The translations under genes and the position numbers were made by a program. Positions 1 to 11,610 of a stretch of 64,000 nt of DNA are shown here, piece by piece. How positions within the stretch are numbered: position 1 is the first letter of the stretch; every line of letters starts with the position of its first letter. The notes beneath the pieces were generated by a model. It saw nothing but the letters and a program-made list of their open reading frames with translations. It was not told the DNA's origin and did not search any database. Source of the DNA: Haliotis cracherodii (lineage: Eukaryota); the NCBI RefSeq assembly GCF_022045235.1, contig NW_027266297.1, positions 30,752,001 through 30,816,000 on the forward strand. The letters are read 5' to 3'.

Positions 1-495
1 TGCAGGTGCGAGAGGTATGCCGTTGACGTTGTTGCCGAGGGGAACGCTAGATGCCGTCATTCCGGGGGCGACACTGTTCTGAGCTGAAAAAGAACATATT
101 TCCAGTCATTCTTCAAAGGAAAACATTGAATCTATGAATATGTTTGGAATATCTTTAGACATGCATCGGGCTCAAATGCTGTGCAGGTGAGAAAGGAACA
201 CCGTTGCCGAGGGGGACGTTGGACGCTGGGTTTCTAGGGGCGACACTGTTCTGAGCTGAAGCAGTTGTTTTGAAAAAAACCCTGTTATTCTCATATCTAA
301 ATAGAACATAATCAAGGGAAATATTGCGGAAATATGGCCCGAAAACAGCATTAGGAAATACAGGAATTCGTCGTACTAACTCGGCCACATTTTACACAAT
401 GTGCAACCGTCTGTTTTCAGGGGACACCAAAGCCATCACCTACCATGAATAGTGACTGCCACGAAGGCGAAAAGAGCACAAATTGCTGTCTTCAT
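1..495 (-). CDS. Met-rich secreted protein, subfamily A copy A1 (3' part runs off the window start)
   Basis: Exon 2 CDS 495-444 (MKTAICALFAFVAVTIH, acceptor cag 510-508, donor gtaggt) splices in phase 1 to the last exon starting at 83 (ttttcag|ctcag, giving A-QNSVAPGMTASSVPLG...). Non-coding exon 1 ends at 2030 (aag|gtaagg). Near-identical inverted copy of A5. Confidence 0.85.
155..255 (-). other. Duplicated 5' part of the last exon (alternative or pseudo-exon) in intron 2 of A1
   Basis: gcttcag|ctcagaac... encodes QNSVAPRNPASNVPLGNGVPFSPAQHLSPMHV*, a diverged copy of the start of the last exon. Confidence 0.7.
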
Positions 496-774
496 GATTC
501 GTCTTTCCTGCAAGAGATAAACAACAACATTAATGAAAGAAAATACACGAATGAAGACCATTTATGATGTCCCCCGCCGTGTTTTTGCTGGAATATTGCT
601 AAAAGCGGCGTAAAACCATACTCACTCATGCACTCAAACATGTTTACTTCGTCAGTATCCGCGGATACAATATTTACTTCAGCTCCATTCCATTTTCTTT
701 TTCATGAACGTTAATAATTGGGCTTTTTGCCATACGAGCATAAGACAAATCAATAGGAATTCTGAAATTTGAAG

Positions 775-1051
775 TGAGTGAGTTGGGTTTAACGCCGTAT
801 TTAACAGTATTCCAGTCATATAATACGACGTGTCAGCTAAATGTGGGAGGAAAGCCCGAAGTGATGCAGGTCTCAGACGTTTACCACTTCGATGAAACCC
901 ATGAGCACGGGTATGGTGCTGACAAACCTAGAAACATAATCGGGGCGAACCGGGATTCTAACCCACAATCATAGGTTTCTGGCGTGCCCAAGGGACGCAA
1001 CTGTGTATAGCGAATCGTGGTGCCTTGGACGACTAGGCCACCCGTTACCCC
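775..1051 (-). mobile_element. tRNA-derived SINE, family S3 (long head)
   Basis: A-box tggcctagtcg, B-box ggttagaatcc, tail ggcgttaaacccaactcactcac, flanked by direct repeat ctgaaatttgaag (762-774, 1052-1064). Confidence 0.8.
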
Positions 1052-1099
1052 CTGAAATTTGAAGAACATGAAGACATGAAACCATTATCTATAACTTTT

Positions 1100-1935
1100 T
1101 ATGGAGAAAACAACACGTGGAATGCTGGACTTCCTCATAGATAACATCGCAGGCATCGCCATGGGTACCAACTGTGATCCTCTCCTTGCTGATCTGTTTC
1201 TTTGTGTATACGCGGTTTGACAGAATTAAAACAAGGGAATTTGGTCACGGTGAGTTGAGGTGAACTGGGGTTTAACGTCGCTTCCAAGATCATTGCACTT
1301 ATGCACCTGGGTGTGGGTGTGGCTGCTTGTACTAGTCCAGACTGATGCCGATTAATAGTGCTAGCCCACTGAGATACCATGCCGCAGTTTAACATGAATA
1401 CCCCACTCAGACACAGTATACTGACTCCGAGCCGACCAGTCCTTGCCGATCGCCAGACAGGGTAACAACAAATACCATCTTTTAACGTCTTTTGGTATCA
1501 CGCGGCCGGGGATCGAACCCCGGACCTTCCGCTCTCCGGGCGGACTCTATACCACTAGATCACGGGGGCGGTCGAGTTTGGTCAAGACGTTTATATTAAG
1601 CCTTAGTTATATCGATAATTTGATATCTCTCAATAACGTCAAATAGCTAATTCCCTTCTACCGATTTACCAACCTGACATATAAGAATCAACCTCACCTA
1701 TTTCATATGTAGATCTATGCATAAAGAGTCACAAAACATTTGAGCACATTACCAACTTTGACGCATCAGAGACTAAAATGATGCCCAATGTACATCCCCA
1801 TTTTGATTTTTACTATTTGTTCCCGGTTTGCTTTAGATGAACAATTCACTTGCCTTTGTATGTGTTTGTGATGGGTGCCACGAGTGGGAGAGGATACGCT
1901 AACCTTTTTACGACCTCCTGGTATTAAACGCATTG
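1100..1935 (+). mobile_element. Decayed Penelope-like (Naiad-type) RT fragment interrupted by a SINE, in intron 1 of A1
   Basis: GIAMGTNCDPLLADLFL (RT motif B) at ~1150-1200 and SYIDNLISLNN (YIDD-like) at ~1605-1640; many stops and deletions. Confidence 0.65.
1258..1573 (-). mobile_element. tRNA-derived SINE, family S4 (MESC/Meta-core-like)
   Basis: Pol III A/B boxes, then ataccaaaagacgttaaaagatggta...ggactggtcggctcggagtcagtata core and cgacgttaaacccc tail; inverted twin at 33151-33485. Confidence 0.75.
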
Positions 1936-2029
1936 TTAACGGAGCACTACACACCACACACTCCCATCGTATACTTAGCCTATACATATCCGAAACTATA
2001 TAAGATACAAAAAGTTGACGTTTCCTTAC

Positions 2030-2100
2030 CTTGTGCTGCTTCTGAACCAGAGCTGAAGCCAGGGATGATGTGTTGAATGTCCAGCACTGAGCCTTTTATA
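2030..2100 (-). promoter_or_regulatory. TATA box and non-coding exon 1 of A1
   Basis: TATAAAA at 2100-2094, ~65 nt upstream of donor aag|gtaagg; conserved in all five A copies. Confidence 0.7.
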
Positions 2101-3062
2101 TCTCCTGGTGTGGCAGTGGGTCGTGGTTTCCTGTCAGCAATACATTACCCTTCTACATGATGTGCATGACGTAAGTTGTCAAGTGACCATGTCTTCATGT
2201 CTTGGTTATCACATATTTCTTGTTGCATGTCGGTATAAACATGTCGCAACGATCATCTTAAACTTACTACGAAGTTCATATTGAATAACAGTCTTCTCTT
2301 GATTAACCAGATAGTCCAGAATACCCAACTCTAATCTTATATGACATATTATCTCATATAGTTTCTTTAAGGATGATTCAAATGCGTCTTACAAAATAAA
2401 ATCTAAACGAACATTTAATCGGTAGTTTCTAAACACCAATGTTTGAATATAAATATGAGCTTATGTTTATTTGTCTGGGTTTCCTCGAATTTATGAATAT
2501 GCATTACATATTTTGTATACACAAAAACTTCCTCGGACTCGACAAGGTACATAACATTGACAGTATCTGTGTGTGCCTGGTATAATTCTTGTCAAGTTAG
2601 ATAAATATGATGATATATTTCTAAAATTGTTTTTGTATTTAATAATGATTCAGAATTGAATCTCTCAAAGGGGATTCGGTTCTTGCAAATTGACATTCCT
2701 AGCGTAATTCAAGCCTTTCAGTTTTGTTACGTATATCAAAAGAAAAAGTAGTGATTAAACAGGGCCAATTTCTCAGTTTTATACACCAAAATGAGTGAAT
2801 GAGTTTGGTTTTACGCTGCTTTTAGCAATAGTCCAGCAATATCAAGAGATTCGAACCCGTGTCTTCGGCTTGACCAACGACCGCTTTAACCACAAAGCTT
2901 CACCTCCGCCCCGTTTCAAACGAGATACTTATCACAACGTAGGACACTTACAGAAAGTAGACACCTAGGCATGGAGCACATTCCCATTGTACTTGGACAG
3001 GCTCCGCGAATCCCAGGTTTCTATGTTTACCCGCTTATGGAGTAAGTTACCAAGTCACAAAT

Positions 3063-3228
3063 AGGGGCGGTCGGGTAGCCTACTGGGTAAAGCGTTCGCT
3101 CGTCATGCCGAAGACCCGGGTTCGATTCCCGACATGGGTACAATCTGTGAAGCCCATTTACGGTGTCCCCCGCCGTGATATTGCTGGAATATTGCTAAAA
3201 GCGGCGTAAAACCATAATCACTCACTCT
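3063..3228 (+). mobile_element. tRNA-derived SINE, family S1 (~165 bp, (ACTC)n tail)
   Basis: ggggcggtcgggtagcc...gggttcgattccc head, gatattgctggaatattgctaaaagcggcgtaaaacc tail; more than 20 copies in the window. Confidence 0.85.
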
Positions 3229-3557
3229 CTTAGTCACACACATATGTGAGGCTCACACATCCTGTTAATTAGCTAGTTATGATCAGGAATATCAGAATCT
3301 CTATTGTCAAATACTTTTACTGGCAATGCAATATTTACCCTTGTCGCTTGGATATTAATTAATTAGCCTTAACTGTTCTTGTTTATTATATCATTTGTAA
3401 TAAAAAGTAACTAAAACTAAACTATGTATAAATAATGACTATAAACATTATACATCAAAACAAATTATTGCGAAATGGTTATGTCCTATTATGCATAAAA
3501 CGGCTTTAAGCTACCTGGCTTGACCTCATAAATGGTTTGTTGTGTTCCCGTTAGACT

Positions 3558-3843
3558 GAGTGAGTGAGTGAGTGAGTCTGGTTTAACGCCGCTTTTGACA
3601 GTATTCCAGTCATATCACGGCGTGTCAGCTTAATGTTGGAGGAAAGCCCGAAGTGATGCAGGTCTCAGAAGTTTACCACTTCGATGAAACCCACGAGCAC
3701 GGGTATAGTGCTGACAAACCTAGAAACATAATTGGGGCGAACCGGGATTCTAACCCACAATCATAGGTTTCTGGCGTGCCTGAGGGACGCAACTCTGCAC
3801 AGCGAATCGCGGCCCCTTAGACGACTGGGCCAGCCGTGCCCCC
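3558..3843 (-). mobile_element. SINE family S3
   Basis: Same sequence as 775-1051; (GAGT)n tail at 3558-3577. Confidence 0.8.
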
Positions 3844-4212
3844 GTTCAAGTTAGAAGTTGGATCAATCTGTGAAACAATATTGGCCATATCGCTATTATT
3901 ATTACTGATTTTCAGTTATTAATATGTTGTATGCAGCTACTTTCATCTTTGAGTAGACTTTGGATTTAAACACATTGTCTCCTTTCTGCCTTGATCAACA
4001 ATGTGCGAGAAGATTTTCAATATAGAATGGGTATCAAGCATGTGATGTTACTTGCTAGAGTCCATCACTTACTTGATAACGGTGATAGAAACTACACCGT
4101 AACGTCGCTCCTAATTGCCATAAAGATGTTGTTCATCCATATGGCTTATCCTTACTTTGTACTCCAACTTCTAAATGCCTCTCCAAGAAGAGCTATAAGA
4201 ATCTGATAATCG

Positions 4213-4483
4213 ACCCGTGAAGACTCGGGGTAAATAGGTCTTCAGCAACCCACGCTTGCCGTAAAAGGCGACTATGCTTGTCGTAAGAGGCGACTAACAG
4301 GATCGGGTGGTCAGACTTGCTGACTTGGTTGATGCATGTCATCTGTCCGAATTGCTGGATCGATGCTCATGATGTCAATCACTGGATGATCTGGTCCAGA
4401 CTCGATTATTTACAGACCGCCGCCATATGGCGGGAATATTGCTGAGTGCTGAGTTAAACAACAAAAAACAAACAAAAACAAAC
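4213..4483 (+). mobile_element. SINE-like element, family S2 (no tRNA head, (CAAA)n tail)
   Basis: acccgtgaag...tgcttgtcgtaagaggcgactaa...aatattgctgagtg...aaacaacaaa, target-site duplication tctgataatcg (4202-4212, 4484-4494). Confidence 0.8.
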
Positions 4484-4871
4484 TCTGATAATCGTGGATG
4501 GCTATAGCTATTCGATGGTTCCAGCGTAACCACTCATAGTACTACAGCTTCAGATAAGGTTTTGATCTAGACACCTCTTCTCAGTGTATCCGCTGCTCTG
4601 CATATTTGTTGCAACAGAAATACATATTTTGAAATTGCAGTTTCTTTCCCTTTTTCAATATTTATAATATATTTGACTACTGGGCATTTCAAAAAAAATA
4701 ACGGCAAAATAATCTAATATCTAAGTACCACACCCTCTGTAATTATTGTGACAATTTATCATTAGCACTAATTGGTATCCCTTTTTTCTTTAAACATTTG
4801 CTCATGTCAGGAAATACACTCCCGTTTCCATAAAACGTTGTGTCATCACCGCGACTTAACAGTGATTTGTG

Positions 4872-5043
4872 GTGCGGTCGGGTAGCCGAGAGGTAAAAGC
4901 GTACGCTCGTCACGCCGAAGACCCGGGTTCGATTCCCGACATCGGGTATAATGTGTGAAGCCCATTTCTGGTGTCCCTCGCCTTGATATTGGTCGATTAT
5001 TGCTAAAAGCGGCGATACAACCACACTCACTCACTCACTCACT
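4872..5043 (+). mobile_element. SINE family S1
   Basis: S1 head and tail with (ACTC)n. Confidence 0.8.
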
Positions 5044-5199
5044 AATGTGATTCGTGTCTTAAGGTTCATGAATGTGTCCCTTACATATTGTATCGATGGA
5101 CAGTCTACCCTTACTATGAGAGAAACGGCACCAAGCAAAGGCCATGAGTCTTTTATCCACTCCTATCTTTAGGAAAATAACTATTATTACGAATATAGC

Positions 5200-6085
5200 G
5201 TTGAAGAAACCTAGTGGTAAAGTGTTAACCATTTCATGTCCTGCCCCACCGGTGACAACAGCCACAAACCAAAGCAGAGGCAAGTCAAATGTGCACCTGA
5301 AAAAACAACCGTGAACATATGGTACATGTCCTTCACACGTCTACCATAAAACCTTTTGAAGGCTTTACTGAGGACTTGAAGGTTGTAACCCTGATCAAAG
5401 AACTTCTGAGCAAGAGTTGTATGTGCTGTATGAAATCTTCGTAGGCAAAACTCGAAACCTTATTCTCACGATATGCAGAGAAAAGTTATGTCAGCGGCTG
5501 TCACTTCATGAATGAGAAGCAGTTTGCATGCTGCTCCGATAGCATGAGACTGGTGGTATTTCAACACAAGATCGGCTTAGGTTTGAAAATAAAGCGACAA
5601 AACCCTTTCCATGTCCACATAGAAATCTCTTCTTAAAGCAGAGTCGATTGTACAATTCCGACTATATCATGCGCATGTGAATAGTGATGATTCCAGGTGT
5701 TCGCGAAAAGGTGAGCGTACCCTGCCCCACCGAGGCACCTGTCACAAACACATGCAAAGGCAGGTCAGTTGTTCACTAAAAGACATGGGAACATATGGTA
5801 CGAGTCAAAATTTGGAATTGCATCAGGCATCATTTTTGTCACAGATGCGTCAAATTTGGAAATGTCCTCCACATGTCTACCATAAAATTTTATGAAAGCT
5901 TTCCTGAGGCCTTGAATGTTGTAACCTTGATCAAACAACTTCTGAGCAAGAGGTGTAGGACGCTCTTCGAAATGTTGGTAGAAATAGCATGTTCGATTGT
6001 ATTTCAAAATTGCGAAATGTAAACACCAAAGGCTGGAGCTGCCGGAATATTGCTCGACATGAAGGGAAAGTTGACTGTTGGAAAG
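5200..6085 (-). mobile_element. Two tandem 3' fragments of a Naiad-like Penelope element
   Basis: SSNIPAAPAFGVYISQ...AQKLFDQGY...KAFIKFYGRH post-RT C-terminal region followed by the conserved 3' motif; no GIY-YIG downstream. Confidence 0.7.
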
Positions 6086-7079
6086 TTATACTCACTATCA
6101 CAATCTCAGGACCAGTTCTACAATAAAAGCAAGTTCAAGTTCCTCAAAGTGACCACAGCACTACGCCAGTCTTCACTCATGAACACTAGGCTTATTTCGC
6201 TAACTATTTAATACAACGTGCAGCAATGGAGTAGTGATGTTGCATGAAGTCGCTGAAACCGTGTAACCTCAGAATCCGCCGCATAAACTTCGAATATTGT
6301 TATAACGTGACGGCCATTTTTGAAGGCACATTATTCTGTGTTTAACAGATATTATGGATACATCTTGATTTGAAGACAAAAACAAACGTAAACAATTTGA
6401 ACAGTCAAGGACGTTGGCATTACGAGGTTCATATAATAATAACAAGGCTATTTGTATAACGCAAACCACTGAGGGACATGCTCACTGTGCAAAGTCAGCA
6501 TATGTACATATATACAACAGAGTGGGGACAGTAAGATAGTAATATTATACACATTCAATTGTAGCGTTCACAAAGGTATGTTTGAAGTCCAGACTTAAAC
6601 ACAGTGATGCCAGGTGCACTTTTACGGCTAACGGAAGAGAGTTCCATATACCAGGCACCTGTGAACTTTGGTACAATACATGGTTCGGTGCACTGACCTC
6701 GAGAACGACACTACTTTATTGGTAGGTCAGACTCCTTTTTTACGGATGTTGATTGTGAAATACTTGGTCGGTAGGTCGGCACATAATAAACAAATAAAAT
6801 GCATAGTATTGGATTTTCTTTTAAAATTCATGTTAAAGTTTGATTTGGATCGGTAGGTACAAAAATAATAATCTTGGCCTGGTTTGGGACCTTACAGACA
6901 GTGTTAATCTAAAATACGACAGCCGCATTTTAATTGTCATTAATGGCAAAGCGATTTGAACCTACGTCGGTAGCAACCTTTATCATACTGATTACATGGA
7001 TATTTGTTTCAGAATTTTCGATTTTTAAAGTCGGCGGATCCATGAACTAAACAGAACATGTAATACCTCAAAGTATTCT

Positions 7080-7248
7080 GGGGCAGTCGGGTAGCCTAGT
7101 GGTTAAATCGTTCGCTCGTCATGCCGAAGACCCACGTTCGATTCCCTACATGTCTACAATGTGTGAAGCTCATTTCTGGTGTCCACCGCCGTGATATTGC
7201 TAGAATATTGCTGAGAGCGGCGTAAAACCATACTCATTCACTCACTCA
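7080..7248 (+). mobile_element. SINE family S1
   Basis: S1 consensus. Confidence 0.8.
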
Positions 7249-7785
7249 TAATATTCTTCATCACGCATGACACAGAACTTTTTGTTGTATCGTCAACTGG
7301 ACGATGAAGAAAAGCTGACTTTCTGAATCTCTGCACTTGTACACATGCAACAGACGTAATGCAAAATTAAAATATCGTGTTTTTTAGTTTCAACGGAGTT
7401 CGGTAAATGCACTATCATGTCACTAGATCTTCTGGTTCATCGATCACTTGATTGTCTGGTTTGTTTACAGGCCGCCGTCACATGGCAGGGGAACTGTTGT
7501 GCGGTGTTGTGCGATGTCAATAAAATCTGTTTCGACGAATAATCAAGACTAGTTATTCTATTGCATTGACATTTTATATTTCATTATATTAATAAAGTGG
7601 TACAAAAGGTTTTCATTCAAAGCATGTTTATTACATCATTTCTAGAAGGAAAACATTGCCAGTTGTCGTTCATGTATCAATAAAAAGGTGACGTTAAATT
7701 CACGGTCGGTCAAAGTTGGGAAGCTTGTTCATACATCAATAAATAGGTGACATGAAATGGATAAATCTATATAAGAGAGTCGCGT

Positions 7786-8523
7786 TTACATCATCTCGCT
7801 TCCAAGAAACATCATGGTCATAGGGTCGAAGCCTCGTCCACCTCTCTGGTTGCGATTGTTCATGAGAGCCATCATGGGCCACATGTTGTCGGCGCCGTTC
7901 ATCATGGCGAAAGGGAGCATCATATTGTTGGACTGCCTTGGGTTCATCATCATGCTGTACATGGCCATCCTGCGCCCGTTGTCACCCCCCATCATAAAAG
8001 GGAGATAGTTCATGGGGGACTGGGCAGCGTTGTTGGCGTGTTGATTGTTGGTGGCAGCCGTCGGGTGGATGTTATTAAAGACATTACTGGCATGGGACAA
8101 GAGAGCGCCTGGCATCGGGCTCGGATGTTGTGCAGGTGCGAGTGATATGCCGTTGACGTTGTTGCCGAGTGGAATGCTAGATGCTGTCATTCCGGGGGCG
8201 ACACTATTCTGAGCTGAAAAAGAACATATTTCCAATCATATTTCATTTAGAATACTTCAAAAGAAAACATTGAATACTGTAAAAATAAGTTTGAAACATG
8301 CTTGGACATGCATATAATTGATAAAATCTTCGCCTACAGAGTAATAATAAAAATAATTTTATCATTATTCGCTGAGGGGCAAGGACCCTGAGCTGATGAT
8401 GACCCTAACCAGCCTGACTGTACCAGAATCACCCAAACCCTCTTTTCTGCATTTTTTTATTTTAATCTCTACATAATAGCAACAATAATAATAATTATGC
8501 TACTACTACTACTACTACTACTG

Positions 8524-8554
<31 letters not shown>

Positions 8555-8665
8555 TTCTACTAAAGTACTGCCGATGTGACGTTAAATATTAATTCACTCA
8601 CTAAACTACTTACCATGAATGGTGACTGCCACGAAGGCGAAAATGACACAAACTACTGCTTTCAT
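7786..8665 (-). CDS. Met-rich secreted protein, subfamily A copy A2 (159 aa)
   Basis: Exons 8665-8614 (MKAVVCVIFAFVAVTIH, donor gtaagt) + 8213-7786 (ttttcag|ctc...TAA) = 480 nt in frame. Hydrophobic signal peptide, Met-rich C-terminus. Exon 1 ends at 8985. Confidence 0.9.
8500..8562. repeat. (TAC)n microsatellite, (GTA)n on the gene strand, in intron 2 of A2
   Basis: Visible trinucleotide run. Confidence 0.9.
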
Positions 8666-8984
8666 TATTCGTCTTTCCTGGAGAATAAAAAATAATATGA
8701 ATAGAAAGTTATAAACATAACAAAAATGACTTGAAATGTGTACTTCACTACCATTACCGTTACAAAGGCAGGTAACCGTGAAGGGCTTTCCTCCTACAAT
8801 AAGTGGACGCGATAACTAAAATACTGTTCACATTGGCGTAAAACAAATTAACTCACTATAAATACAATTTTTACTTTTACTTCCTCTGGAGATAGTAGTT
8901 CAAACATTTAAAGACGTATTATATTTGGTCAGGATAACTTTATTCTGAAGCTATATATGATACAAATAGTTGACGTTTTGTTAC

Positions 8985-9055
8985 CTTGTGCTGCTTCTGA
9001 ACCAGAGCTGAAGCCAGGGATGATGTGCTGAATATCCGGCACTGGGCATTTTATA
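8985..9055 (-). promoter_or_regulatory. TATA box and exon 1 of A2
   Basis: TATAAAA at 9055-9049; donor aag|gtaaca at 8985. Confidence 0.7.
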
Positions 9056-9587
9056 TCCCCTGGTGTGGCAGTGGGTCGTGGTATTCCGTCAGCAATACAT
9101 TACCCTTCTACATGATGTGCATGATGTAAGTTGTCAAGTGACCATGTCTTCATGACTTGGTTATCACATAATTCTTGTTTTATGTCCGTCAAGTGACCTT
9201 GTCCGTGGTTATCACATATGTCTTGCCGTATACCCTGATGATATGTTGCATGCATCAGTTTAAATCTACACAGCAGTTTTGAATAATAACTTCCTATGGA
9301 ATAACTCTAGATCGTTCCACGTCCGAGCTGCCATATCTTTTAACGTCGCTATCAATGATTGAATATATAATAATATAATAATCATGTTAAGTTTTATTTG
9401 CATAAGAGTTCACTCGAGAGCAATTACTTACAAATAGTTAATTGTTGCGTTGCATCAATTGTACATATATTCGTCTTAATCTGTCTACGATGCGCCAACG
9501 TTAAAATTTGGTTTAGGAACCTGATGTCCAACAACTTGTCAGAGGGGTACACAGAGTACGTGGTCTAGACTTCCAGTAGTCGCACTT

Positions 9588-9686
9588 CCAGCCTCGGTGG
9601 CTGAGTTGGTTAGATCGCTAACTTTGTTGGCGATTAGGTGCCTTTCTCTGACAGTGTTGGTTCGATTCCCTGATTGGACTCAACCA
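9588..9686 (+). mobile_element. tRNA-like Pol III head (probable SINE head, fifth family)
   Basis: tggctgagttgg A-box and ggttcgattcc B-box without a clean cloverleaf. Confidence 0.45.
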
Positions 9687-9869
9687 ACACAGTATTATTA
9701 TTTGTAGGTAGAAAGTGTAATCCCAAATATAACATTGGTTTCATTGAACTTGATGTCGTTTTCACAAACGAAAGGGTTTAATGTCCTCTATTGTGCTTAG
9801 ATTTCTCTAGTTTGACTTTTTGTACCATAAGTTCCCTGTCTTGTTCAGGTGAACACTTGACATGCATTT

Positions 9870-10125
9870 TTCCCTTTGACAAGATGGATGACTTCAATTT
9901 TCCCTTCATGTCAGTCCTTGGTGTCTACATTTCACAACTTTTGAGGTACAATCCAGCATGCTCTTTATACCAAGATTCAAAGAGCGTTATACAACTCTTA
10001 CTCAGAAGTTTGATCAAGGTTAAAACATTAAATACCCCAGTAAAGCTTTCAAAAAGTTTATGGTAGATATGTGGAGGACATTTCCAAATTTGACGTATCA
10101 GTGACAAAACGTATGTCTGATGCAG
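9870..10125 (+). mobile_element. Naiad-like Penelope RT C-terminal fragment
   Basis: FDKMDDFNFP...GVYISQLLRYNPACS. Confidence 0.7.
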
Positions 10126-10489
10126 GAATTTAGTACCATTTAATGTAAACAGTGATGAGGAAGTTGTCATATATAGATGCTCAAACTACCTGTAAACTTC
10201 CGGAATGGCGTGAATGGATGTCAAGCGGTATAGAAAGATATGGAACAATCTGTGATTTTTAGGGACACAGGACTGGTCTAGCACTGTGTGGAAAGTGCTG
10301 GAAGGTAGTTAGACTATATAAGTGGAGCGGATGCGTGCCTGTCTCATCTCACATTTCATCTGACATTACATCAAGACATTACATCACCCTAGTGTTCAGC
10401 CAAGGCCTATCTTTGAAGTTTGACCACTGTTGCCGCGTGGTAATCATTATTCTTGTCATTGTCATTTCTGCTGCTCTCACATTTTATAC

Positions 10490-10908
10490 TGGGGGTGGTC
10501 GGGTAGCCTAGTTGTTAAAGCGTTTGCTTGTCACGCCGAAGACCCGGACTCGATTCCCCACATGGGTACAATGTACGAAGCCCATTTCTGGTGTCTCCCG
10601 CCGTGATTTTGCTGGAATATTGCTAAAAGCTTACTTACTTGCTTACTTTGGAGATTTAACGTGCGCATTCAGACTGATGCGTATTTTGCACACGGTGCTA
10701 AAAGCGGCGTAAAACCATATTCACTTACTTACTCATACGAAATGGGTCGGCCGGGTAGCCTAGTGGTTGAAGCTTTCGCTCGTCACGCCGAATACCCGGG
10801 TTTGATCCCGACATGGGTACAATGTGTGAAGCCCATTCCTGTTGTCTCCCGCCGTGATTTTGCTGGAATATTGCTAAAAGCGGCATAAAATCATACACAC
10901 TCACTCAC
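10490..10908 (+). mobile_element. Two adjacent S1 SINEs
   Basis: S1 heads at ~10491 and ~10744, each with the gatxttgctggaatattgctaaaagc tail. Confidence 0.8.
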
Positions 10909-11310
10909 ATTTTATACTGCCATTGAATAGTGTACTACCTATATATTGTGTATTGCCATTGTAATTGCTGTGCTGTAACTTGTATTGATTTGTTAACCTA
11001 GTTAATTGTGTAATTCAAGTGTTGATTGTATACTGTATGTTGGTTGCTTGTTGGTTTCACACTACATTCTCTTAGGACAGATTTCTGGGTTAACATATTG
11101 TTTCAATTTGGGAATCGACACGCAACAATATGTTCCCATGGGTTTTTTTCAGGTGAATAATTGGGTTGCCTTTGCATGTGTTTGTGACGGGTGCTACTGG
11201 TGGGGCAACACCATTTCGCGAACACCTGTTATCATCACTGATTGATAGTGATTCATAAATATTATTATGCTTATCATATATAGTCAAAAAGGTACAATGG
11301 ACAATGCCTG

Positions 11311-11610
11311 GATGTTTCTTGGAGGCGAGATGATGTAAACACGACTCTCTTATATAGATTTATCCATTTCATGTCACCTATTTATTGATGTATGAACAAG
11401 CTCCCCAACTTTGACTGACCGAGAATTTAACGTCACCTTTTTATTGATATATGAACGACAACTGGCAATGTTTTCCTTCTAGAAATGATGTAATAAACAT
11501 GCTTTGAAATGATGAAAACCTTTTGTACCACTTTATTAATATAATGAAATATAAAATGTCAATGCAATAGAAAAACTAGTCTTGATTATTCGTCGAAACA
11601 GATTCTATTG
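11311..11610 (+). pseudogene. 3'-only remnant of a subfamily A gene (last 8 codons MFLGGEMM* plus 3' UTR)
   Basis: gatgtttcttggaggcgagatgatgtaa (stop 11336-11338) followed by the A-type 3' UTR; no upstream gene sequence, abuts a Penelope 3' fragment. Confidence 0.85.

Noticed and set aside
3063-3140. tRNA genes (Asp-like heads)
   Set aside because: They are SINE heads that continue into a shared body and (ACTC)n tail, often with TSDs, and lack a proper acceptor stem.
7786-8665. Assigning a known shell-protein name or gene symbol
   Set aside because: Only compositional resemblance to Met-rich mollusc proteins; homology cannot be verified without a search.
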